A stretch of DNA of 64,000 nucleotides from Candidatus Woesearchaeota archaeon (GTDB lineage: Archaea > Nanobdellota > Nanobdellia > CAYMVK01 > CAYYFB01): assembly GCA_964471255.1 (NCBI GenBank), contig CAYYFB010000002.1:106283-170282 (forward strand), written 5' to 3'. This document shows positions 56,472 through 63,878 of the stretch, piece after piece (the first letter of the stretch is position 1; every line of letters starts with the position of its first letter). Both the position numbers and the translations under genes were made by a program. Under the pieces are notes generated by a model. That model was given only the letters and a program-made list of their open reading frames with translations, was not told the DNA's origin and did not search any database.

Positions 56472-56717
56472 TTTTATTACTTTCAAGAGACAAAATTGCA
56501 AGTGGAAATTTTAATATTTATAAGTAGTAAAATCCGCTCCAGAATCTGGATAAGTAATTTATAAAGGCAACAAGCAAGGATGAATTGAGATATTCTAAGA
56601 CCGCCCAAGGCCTTTAAATGCCGGAAAACCTGGAGCGGCAAGAAAATTCCTATTTCAAATTATGAAATAAAAGGTTTTTTATAAGAAAGAATTAAATCCA
56701 TTATAGCTATTAATATT

Positions 56718-57911
56718 GTGAAACTTACAGACTTCTTTAAGCAAGCAAAAGAAGGAAAAAGGATATTTAGAAACAAAGATGTTCTAACTGATAGATATTT
56801 TCCTGATAAAATAATGCATAGGGATGAACAAATAAAGGCAATTGCTGAAATACTCTCTCCAGCGCTAAGACTGGAGCGGCCAAGCAATCTTTTTATTTAT
56901 GGGAAGCCTGGAACTGGGAAGACTCTTGTTATAAAGTATGTTACAAAAGAAATGGAAAAAGTGGCAAAAGAAGATAACGTACCTCTTGATATTATCTACG
57001 TAAACTGTAAAATGAAGAAAGTTGCAGATACTGAGTACAGATTACTCGCTCATTTAATAAGATGCTTTGGTAAAAGGGCTCCATTGCTTGGTATCCCTAC
57101 CTACGAACTTTATAGGAATCTTTTTTCTATACTTGATGAGAAAGAGAGGCTTGCAATACTAATTTTTGATGAGATTGATGAGCTTGTAAAAAAGACTGGT
57201 GATAATATTCTTTATAACTTTACAAGGATCAATGAAAACCTGGAGCGGGCCAAGGTATCTATAGTTGGAATTTCAAATGACATTGTATTTGTGGAAAACC
57301 TAGATCCTAGAGTAAAGAGCTCTTTAGGAGAGGAGGAAGTAATATTTCCCCCTTATGATGCTAATCAATTAAGAGACATTCTTTGGCAAAGAGCAAAGCT
57401 AGCATTTGAGCCAGAGGCTATTTCGGATGCTGTAATATCAAAATGCGCCGCATATGCTGCAAGGGAGCATGGAGATGCCAGGAAAGCATTAGACCTACTT
57501 AGGGTTGCTGGGGAGATTGCAGAGAGAGAAGGAAGAAGCAAGGTTCTGGAGCAGGATGTCGATAAAGCATTGGAGAAACTGGAGCGGGATAGGATAATAG
57601 AAATTGTGAAAGTCCAGCCAATTCAGTCTAAGCTAATTTTATTGGCAATAATAAATGCGATAGAAAAGAAGGGAGAACCTATAGAAGTAGGGGATGTTTA
57701 CGATGAATATGAGAGAATAACTGAAAAATTCAAGATTAGACCCATCTCTCAAAGAAGGGCATCGGATCTTATTTCTGAATGGGACATGTTTGGAGTAATA
57801 AATGCAAGAACTGTAAGCTTTGGTAAATATGGAAGAAAGAAAGAAATAAAATTGGCAATTCCAAATTCCATAAAAACAAAAATTATTGAAGTAATAGAGA
57901 ACTCAATTTAA
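56718..57911 (+). CDS. cdc6: Orc1/Cdc6 replication initiator
   Basis: GTG start. RIFRNKDVLTDRYFPDKIMHRDEQI, Walker A YGKPGTGKT, Walker B LIFDEIDEL, sensor and GDARKALDLLRVAGEIAE, and a C-terminal winged helix (ISQRRASDLISEWDMFGVINAR). Confidence 0.93.
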   Translation: MKLTDFFKQAKEGKRIFRNKDVLTDRYFPDKIMHRDEQIKAIAEILSPALRLERPSNLFIYGKPGTGKTLVIKYVTKEMEKVAKEDNVPLDIIYVNCKMKKVADTEYRLLAHLIRCFGKRAPLLGIPTYELYRNLFSILDEKERLAILIFDEIDELVKKTGDNILYNFTRINENLERAKVSIVGISNDIVFVENLDPRVKSSLGEEEVIFPPYDANQLRDILWQRAKLAFEPEAISDAVISKCAAYAAREHGDARKALDLLRVAGEIAEREGRSKVLEQDVDKALEKLERDRIIEIVKVQPIQSKLILLAIINAIEKKGEPIEVGDVYDEYERITEKFKIRPISQRRASDLISEWDMFGVINARTVSFGKYGRKKEIKLAIPNSIKTKIIEVIENSI

Positions 57912-57916
57912 TTCTT

Positions 57917-57955
57917 CCGCTCCAGAAAATGAATTACTAAAAAGTTCTGGAGTGG
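57917..57955. terminator. Hairpin made of two inverted motif copies between the convergent cdc6 and MNT genes
   Basis: CCGCTCCAGAA (57917-57927) and TTCTGGAGTGG (57945-57955) give an 11-bp stem with one G-T pair and a 17-nt loop. It starts 6 nt after the cdc6 stop. Confidence 0.4.
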
Positions 57956-57961
57956 CGGTCT

Positions 57962-58285
57962 TTATAATTTTTTAGCGTATTTGAGAATTTCTTTATAAAA
58001 GCTCAATTTCTTTGCTTTCTCAAATTCTTCCTCTGTCAATACTATTGGTTCTATCGGTAATTTTGTAAGAGAAAGGACGTATGCGATTCTTTCAATAGCC
58101 CTCATCTTTAGATCCCAGATTATGAGAAGATCTATATCAGAACCTTCATGAAAATCTCCTCTTGCAAAAGATCCAAATAAGTATACTTCTTTTGCTCCCA
58201 TTTTCTTCAATTTCTTCGCGAATTTTTTTATTTCATCAAATATTTCCTTACTTCTTTCAATATCGATTCTGACAATTTTATGCAT
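57962..58285 (-). CDS. Minimal nucleotidyltransferase (MNT, pair 3)
   Basis: VYLFGSFARGDFHEGSDIDLLIIW. Confidence 0.8.
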   Translation of the reverse strand: MHKIVRIDIERSKEIFDEIKKFAKKLKKMGAKEVYLFGSFARGDFHEGSDIDLLIIWDLKMRAIERIAYVLSLTKLPIEPIVLTEEEFEKAKKLSFYKEILKYAKKL

Positions 58286-58623
58286 AATTCAGCATCCTCT
58301 TTTGTAAAATATTTTGATGGGGGGAGATTTGAAATTATTCCATTAGGATATCTCGATGCTATGTACATTGCGTCTAAGAGATAAACTTCCCTTTCAAAAG
58401 ATTTAAGAGAGGGGATAAACCTTTCACATTCCTCTATTAAATCTCTTATAGAATGAGTTAATATTGCCCTTTTTCCATGCTTTATCAATACAGCCTTAAG
58501 GGCTTTCTCAGAGGCTTGTTGAGCCTGAAAGCATGCCCAATTATATCTTTTCATTCTTAAGCTATCTTTTGCGGCTTCCAGATCATATTCCGCATCTTCA
58601 AACCATCTTCTCCACTCTTCCAC
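58228..58623 (-). CDS. HEPN domain protein (pair 3)
   Basis: WFEDAEYDLEAAK...ACFQAQQASEKALKAVL...HSIRDL...YIASRYPNG. Confidence 0.78.
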   Translation of the reverse strand: MEEWRRWFEDAEYDLEAAKDSLRMKRYNWACFQAQQASEKALKAVLIKHGKRAILTHSIRDLIEECERFIPSLKSFEREVYLLDAMYIASRYPNGIISNLPPSKYFTKEDAELCIKLSESILKEVRKYLMK

Positions 58624-59107
58624 AAGTCTTAAGTATTGGAAACCTTTTAAATTTTCTTTTCTGATTATTCTTCCCTTACTAGCTCTTACATAGAAGAAAA
58701 AGCCATATCATTTCTGAAGTAGCTAGTAGACCCTCTGGAGTGGCTTTTTGTATTTAAGACATTGTCTACTCTACTCTTAGAATTCTTTGGAAAGGTTCAT
58801 ATTTCGAATTATTTTTGTGGAAGGCCGCTCCAGAATTCGGATAAAGGCCGAGTAGGTGAAAATTTTTAACTTTAAGAACCATGGTTTAATTTTGAGCATG
58901 TTCAATAGGACCTCCGTTAAGTGATAAAAGTGAGTATAGCAATGTTAATAAAAACACTGGCAGAACCAGAAAGAAGATATTACTTACTCCAAGAAACGCT
59001 TGAAGCAATATTAGAAAATAAAAAAAATAATTAATATTCCTGAGTTATACAGAGAGTACCAAGAAAAATGTATTAGAAAAGGAATTATCCCTCTAGATTA
59101 TAATGGT

Positions 59108-59587
59108 TTGTATTATATACTTAAAAAAATAGAGCCCTGTGAAGATACCTTCTATGTAAAGGAAATTTTTAGGAAAGCAAATTATCCAAGAATCCCACCA
59201 AACCTTGGAGGGATTTTAATAATAGCGACGGTTCTGGCGCGCTATGGAAGAATTTCAAAAGAAAATATTAGTAGTGTAGGAGTACTTACAATCTTAGAAT
59301 ACATAGGTCTGTTGATTGAAATGAATATAATCTCTCCTGAATTGGGAAAAAAGCTGTGCAAAAACATAAACTGCCGTTCCATTCGCCGTAGGAGAAAAAA
59401 ACTATGCAAAGGTTATAAAGCAATACCAACCTTGCTTAGAAGGCATGGTATTTGGTTAATTGGTAGTCCTATACGTTTACAGGACAGTTATGGGACTATA
59501 GAAAAAATTGAAATAGATGAGAGAGAAGGAATAATTTGGGCTTTTTATTCACAAGATAGCTTGAGAGGCTGTAAAAGAATTTACTAA
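59108..59587 (+). CDS. Hypothetical protein (start uncertain)
   Basis: 159-aa ORF with a TTG start in the track. The frame stays open upstream to about 59015. Confidence 0.35.
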   Translation: MYYILKKIEPCEDTFYVKEIFRKANYPRIPPNLGGILIIATVLARYGRISKENISSVGVLTILEYIGLLIEMNIISPELGKKLCKNINCRSIRRRRKKLCKGYKAIPTLLRRHGIWLIGSPIRLQDSYGTIEKIEIDEREGIIWAFYSQDSLRGCKRIY

Positions 59588-59764
59588 AACAGAAGCCCAG
59601 TTTTCTGGTATTGGTTTTTTTAAATGATGCTCCTACAGATACTATTACTTTACTTGCTTTACTGGGCCAACCTGGTTTTTCTTTCATTACCTACAAATCC
59701 AGGTTGTGCCAGAGTCCAAGCGAGTCTAGAGTAATTGTTTAAAAAGGTGAAGGAATTTTTTGGT

Positions 59765-62620
59765 ATGAATAAATCAATGGGGGAATTTCTGGATAAGGTT
59801 AGGAATATAGAGGCAAAGTGGAGCGAGATATGGATTAAGGAAAAAGAATTTGAGGCTGATGCCAAGCCTGGAGCACCAAAATATTTTATAACAGTCCCCT
59901 ATCCCTATGTTTCTGGGCCACCACACATTGGACATGGAAGATCTTATGTTGTGGGGGATGTAATAGCAAGATATAAGAGACTTAAGGGGTACCATGTCCT
60001 ATATCCCATTGCTTTTCATGTAAGTGGGCTACCTATTGCTTCTATAGCTGATGGAATCTCGAGAGGAGATAAAGGGATGTTTGATAGGATGATGTTCTAT
60101 GTACTTCCGTTTGAGAAGGATGAAGAAAAAGCCAAAGAGATTATAGAAAGCTTTAAGGATCCAATGAATGTTGCTCTATATTTCATAAAAATATGGGAAA
60201 AAGATCTTAAGAATTTTGGATTTTCTCTTGACTGGAGGAGAAAATTTCATACTGCAGAGCCAATTTATAATAAATTTGTTGAATGGCAGTATTATAAGCT
60301 TAAAGAGAAAGGAGTTTTGAAGAAAGGAGAATATTATGTCCTTTATTGTCTAATGCACAAACACCCAGCTGGAGAGGATGATATTCAGGACGGGGATGTT
60401 AACCCGGTAAAAAAAGTTGAATGGGTTGGAGTTAAGTTTAAATTCGAGGATGGATGGATAATAGCCGGAACTTTAAGGCCTGAGACAATCTTTGGGATAA
60501 CAAATGTATGGGCGAAGCCAGAAGCAAAGTACTGTAAAATTAAAGTTAATGAGGAAGTTTGGTATGTTTCCAGGGAGGCTGCGGAGAAGTTTTCATATCA
60601 ATTTGATAATGTTTCTATTCTAGAAGAAATAGATGGTTCTTACTTTATAGGGAAATGGTGTGTAGACCCACTAGGTAATAAACAAATAATACTTCCAGCA
60701 AGATTTATAGATCCAGACATAGGAACGGGCTTTGTTTATTCCGAACCATCCGATGCTCCAATAGATTGGGTAGCATTAATGGAATTGAAGGCCGCTCCAG
60801 AAAAAGTTAGGGAATTTGGAATAGATCCAAGAATATTAGAAAAAATAGAGCCAAAGAAGATTATTGATTTGCCTGGAGTGGAGGGACACCATAGCGAAGT
60901 TCTAATAAAGAAGTATAATGTAAAAGATCAATTGGACCCAAGATTAGAACAAATTTCTGAAGAGGCGTATAAGGAGCAATATTATAATGGAATAATGATT
61001 CCAGAAGGAGTAAAAGGGATGAAAGTATCTGAAGCTAAAGAATATGTAAAAGAGAAGCTATTGAGGGAAAATAAAGCAATAATTTTCTACGAAACATCAA
61101 GAAAAGCCGTCTGTAGAGCTAAGGGAAAAATAATTGTGGCTAAAGTAAAGGATCAATGGTTTATAGATTATTCTCCTGAATGGATTAAGGAACTAGGGAG
61201 GAAATGGTTAGATAAGAATATTGTTTATCCAGAGAAGTATAGGAAGCTATTTTATGATACAATTGATTGGTTAGAGAAAAGACCCTGCACCAGAACTAGG
61301 GGCCTTGGGACAAGGTTTCCATTTGACAAAAAATGGGTAATTGAATCCCTATCTGATTCTACCATCTATATGGCCTTTTATACCATTGCTCACTTAATCC
61401 GCTCCAGAAATATTGACCCATCTCAATTAATACCTGAAGTGTTTGACTATGTATTCCTGGGTAAGGGGGATGTTAAGGAAGTATCTAAAAGTTCAGGAAT
61501 ACCTGAAGAAACTCTAGAAGAGATGAGAAAGGAATTCCTATATTGGTATCCATTAGATCATAGGCATACTGGAGTGGCCCACATAACTAATCATCTTTCT
61601 TTCTTCATCTTACATCACTGCATCATATTCCCAGAAGAGTTGTGGCCAAAGCGGATTACTTTGCATGAAATGGTCTTAAGTGAAGGGGAAAAAATGTCAA
61701 AATCAAAAGGAAATGTGGTGCTACTTAAAGATATTGTAGAAAGGTATTCAATAGACCTTTATAGGCTATATGCAATAGGAACAGCAGATTTAGGGGCACC
61801 AATGGATTGGAGAGAAAGGGATGTTGCAGCATTAACAGGAAGACTACATAGATTTTTCCAAGTATGTGAAAAAGCAATTGCCGCTCCAGAAAGGGAGAAA
61901 GATAGGTTAGATGAGTGGCTCCTATCATCCTTTTATAAAAGATTGAAAGAAGCCTCCGCTCTAATAGAGTCTTTTAGGTTTAGGGAATATGTTCAAAGTC
62001 TATTTTATGGTGTATTAAGTGATATAAATAGATATTTATTGAGAAAAGGAACCGAAGATTATTATGGAGTAAAATTAATCCTTAAAGATTGGCTAATTTC
62101 CCTCTCTCCAGTCATTCCCCATATTTGTGAGGAATTTCTGGAGCGGATGGGAGAGAAAAGAATAAAAGATCAGAAATGGCCTGAGATTAGGGAAATAAAA
62201 GAAGAAATATTAAGAGAAGAAGAGTTCATTGAACAAGTGAAAGAGCAAGTAATAAAAATATGTTCTAGGCTTAAAAAACCGATTGAAGAGAAAGGAATAA
62301 AGGTTGTTAGGATAGTTATTCCAAAAGAAGAAAAGTACAAACTGTGGGAGGAAATAGAAAAAGTTTCTGAAAAAGACATTGGAAGAATTTTGGCTGAAAA
62401 AGGATTTTATGATCTAATAAGGCAAGCATTGAGGCAAAAAAGGGAAAAATTAATATGGTTTAACAGATCTAAGGAAAAAGAATTATTGGAGGATTCCATG
62501 AAATACTTTTCTTTCATATTTGGAGCACCATTTGAGCTAGTAATGGAGGAAGAAATACCTGAAGAAATTGCTAAAATTAGCGCTCCAGGTCAGCCAGCAA
62601 TTTTGGTTGAGTTTAAGTAA
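59765..62620 (+). CDS. leuS: Leucyl-tRNA synthetase, archaeal type
   Basis: PYPYVSGPPHIGHGRSY (HIGH), KMSKSKGN (KMSKS), a CP1 editing insertion, about 950 aa. Start moved to the first ATG (MNKSMGEFLDKVRNIEAKW); the track ORF begins at TTG 59735. Confidence 0.92.
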   Translation: MNKSMGEFLDKVRNIEAKWSEIWIKEKEFEADAKPGAPKYFITVPYPYVSGPPHIGHGRSYVVGDVIARYKRLKGYHVLYPIAFHVSGLPIASIADGISRGDKGMFDRMMFYVLPFEKDEEKAKEIIESFKDPMNVALYFIKIWEKDLKNFGFSLDWRRKFHTAEPIYNKFVEWQYYKLKEKGVLKKGEYYVLYCLMHKHPAGEDDIQDGDVNPVKKVEWVGVKFKFEDGWIIAGTLRPETIFGITNVWAKPEAKYCKIKVNEEVWYVSREAAEKFSYQFDNVSILEEIDGSYFIGKWCVDPLGNKQIILPARFIDPDIGTGFVYSEPSDAPIDWVALMELKAAPEKVREFGIDPRILEKIEPKKIIDLPGVEGHHSEVLIKKYNVKDQLDPRLEQISEEAYKEQYYNGIMIPEGVKGMKVSEAKEYVKEKLLRENKAIIFYETSRKAVCRAKGKIIVAKVKDQWFIDYSPEWIKELGRKWLDKNIVYPEKYRKLFYDTIDWLEKRPCTRTRGLGTRFPFDKKWVIESLSDSTIYMAFYTIAHLIRSRNIDPSQLIPEVFDYVFLGKGDVKEVSKSSGIPEETLEEMRKEFLYWYPLDHRHTGVAHITNHLSFFILHHCIIFPEELWPKRITLHEMVLSEGEKMSKSKGNVVLLKDIVERYSIDLYRLYAIGTADLGAPMDWRERDVAALTGRLHRFFQVCEKAIAAPEREKDRLDEWLLSSFYKRLKEASALIESFRFREYVQSLFYGVLSDINRYLLRKGTEDYYGVKLILKDWLISLSPVIPHICEEFLERMGEKRIKDQKWPEIREIKEEILREEEFIEQVKEQVIKICSRLKKPIEEKGIKVVRIVIPKEEKYKLWEEIEKVSEKDIGRILAEKGFYDLIRQALRQKREKLIWFNRSKEKELLEDSMKYFSFIFGAPFELVMEEEIPEEIAKISAPGQPAILVEFK

Positions 62621-62629
62621 TATGAAATT

Positions 62630-63367
62630 ATGGAGGTCATTAGATTAAATGAAATTAGGAATCCGGTAATTTCTGTTATAATACCTACCTATAATGAGGA
62701 GAAATATCTCAAATATACATTGCTCTCAATAAAAAATCAAGATTTTGACTTGCCCTATGAAATAATAATTGGAGATTCAAAAAGCGAGGACAGAACTATA
62801 GAAATAGCTAAGGAATTTGCTGATAAGATAGCTATTATAGAGAAAAGGAACATAGGGGCAGGAAGGAATGCTGGAGCAAAAATTTCTAAAGGAAAATATT
62901 TGGTGTTTATAGATGCGGATACAATTGCTGCTCCAAATCTCCTTTCTGAGTTTTATAATACTTTCCTCAATGACAATATTGTAGGAGTAACTTGCCCTAT
63001 TGTTCCTCTTCCTCCAACTGTATCTAATCTTCTAATGTACACCACCTTTAACTATTTTTGCAAGTTTACAATATACAAAAAACCCCAGTTGCCAGGAATA
63101 ATTTGCGCTTATAGAAGAGATGCGTTCTTTGAGGTTGGGGGATTCAATGAGGAATTGCATGTATGTGAGGACTTTGATCTTTCAGAAAGGATTGCAAAAC
63201 TAGGAAAGATTGTTTACAATGAAAAAACTTTTGTAATGACTTCCGCTAGAAGAATTGAGAAGTGGGGGAAAGGAAAAAGTGCAGCAAAATATATTGGGAT
63301 ATACATTAGTTACTTGCTTAGGAATAGATTAAAAAGAATACCCTTCTCTTATGAGCCAATAAGGTAA
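62630..63367 (+). CDS. Family 2 glycosyltransferase
   Basis: ISVIIPTYNEEKYL, FIDADT (DxD), 245 aa. Confidence 0.85.
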   Translation: MEVIRLNEIRNPVISVIIPTYNEEKYLKYTLLSIKNQDFDLPYEIIIGDSKSEDRTIEIAKEFADKIAIIEKRNIGAGRNAGAKISKGKYLVFIDADTIAAPNLLSEFYNTFLNDNIVGVTCPIVPLPPTVSNLLMYTTFNYFCKFTIYKKPQLPGIICAYRRDAFFEVGGFNEELHVCEDFDLSERIAKLGKIVYNEKTFVMTSARRIEKWGKGKSAAKYIGIYISYLLRNRLKRIPFSYEPIR

Positions 63368-63394
63368 AAAAGAAGAAATGGAAAATTTTTCTAT

Positions 63395-63523
63395 GCCCCC
63401 GTAGCTCAGCCTGGAAGAGCACCGGCCTCCTAATGATAAGGGCAGCTCGGGCTGAATAATGATGAATAAACCACCGTTTGAGGAGAAAGCCGGGGGTCGC
63501 GGGTTCAAATCCCGCCGGGGGCA
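63395..63523 (+). tRNA. tRNA-Arg (CCT) with a roughly 55-nt intron after position 37
   Basis: GCCCCCG TA GCTCAGCCTGGAAGAGC A CCGGC CTCCTA [intron] A GCCGG GGGTC GCGGGTTCAAATCCCGC CGGGGGC A. Confidence 0.9.
63433..63487 (+). ncRNA. Box C/D sRNA-like module inside the tRNA-Arg(CCT) intron
   Basis: C-like ATGATAA 63433-63439, 12-nt guide GGGCAGCTCGGG, D-prime CTGA 63452-63455, linker ATA, C-prime ATGATGA 63459-63465, 12-nt guide ATAAACCACCGT, D-like TTGA 63478-63481. Confidence 0.6.
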
Positions 63524-63804
63524 TTAATCTAGAGACCCCAAATGAGAACTAATCTGTTTGAACTACAAATTCTCACATACATCTTCTCACGAAAAGATTA
63601 GCTAGTAATTTCTCAGTGCTTCTCCTAATAAGAAAAGAATACAATCCTAAAGCACTGCAGTCTTTTTCACTTTCCTTTAAAAATTATTTTTCTTCCTTGT
63701 GCATCACATATGGGTGCTTTGTGGCCAACCTTTGTGGAACTTTCTAGCTGACTTTAGCTAGCTCCTTCATTTAAGTTTTAGAATAAGCTTATGACATGTT
63801 TTCC

Positions 63805-63878
63805 AGCCGGGGGTGGGATTCGAACCCACGAAAACCGGGTCTGCAGCCCGGCCCCTTAGACCCCTCGGGCACCCCGGC
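63805..63878 (-). tRNA. tRNA-Cys (GCA)
   Basis: The reverse complement reads GCCGGGG TG CCCGAGGGGTCTAAGGG G CCGGG CTGCAGA CCCGG TTTTC GTGGGTTCGAATCCCAC CCCCGGC T. U73 is the expected tRNA-Cys discriminator. Confidence 0.85.

Larger units (their letters stand above)
56176..56512. other. Replication origin (oriC): ORB-type repeats around an AT-rich unwinding region, upstream of cdc6
   Basis: TTTCCAGTGGAAAA at 56191-56204, with an adjacent C/G run at 56176-56187. TTTCCATAGGAAATGAAGGGG at 56333-56353. TTTTCCACTGGAAA at 56458-56471. Half-site AGTGGAAATTTT at 56501-56512. The stretch 56221-56330 is almost pure A/T. Confidence 0.8.

Noticed and set aside
58930-59110. A possible frameshift in the A-run at about 59015-59030 that would join a short upstream ORF (VSIAMLIKTLAEPERRYYLLQETLEAILENKKNN) to ORF 59108..59587.
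   Set aside because: The frames can be joined on paper, but neither part has a recognisable domain and no homolog is available to show continuity. The evidence is too weak to call.
1308-62146. A KOPS/Chi-like polarity of the CTGGAGCGG motif that switches at oriC.
   Set aside because: Hand counts show both orientations on both sides of the origin: left of 56.1 kb about 8 plus and 14 minus; right of 56.7 kb about 4 plus and 5 minus. No replichore-specific strand bias is evident in this window. Only a whole-genome count could settle it.
63524-63804. The 280-bp ORF-free spacer between tRNA-Arg(CCT) and tRNA-Cys, which has several short inverted repeats (for example CAGTGCTT...AAGCACTG at about 63616-63660).
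   Set aside because: No recognisable RNA family signature (C/D, H/ACA ACA box, SRP or RNase P motifs) is present, and I have no way to test conservation. It may hold promoters for the flanking tRNAs.
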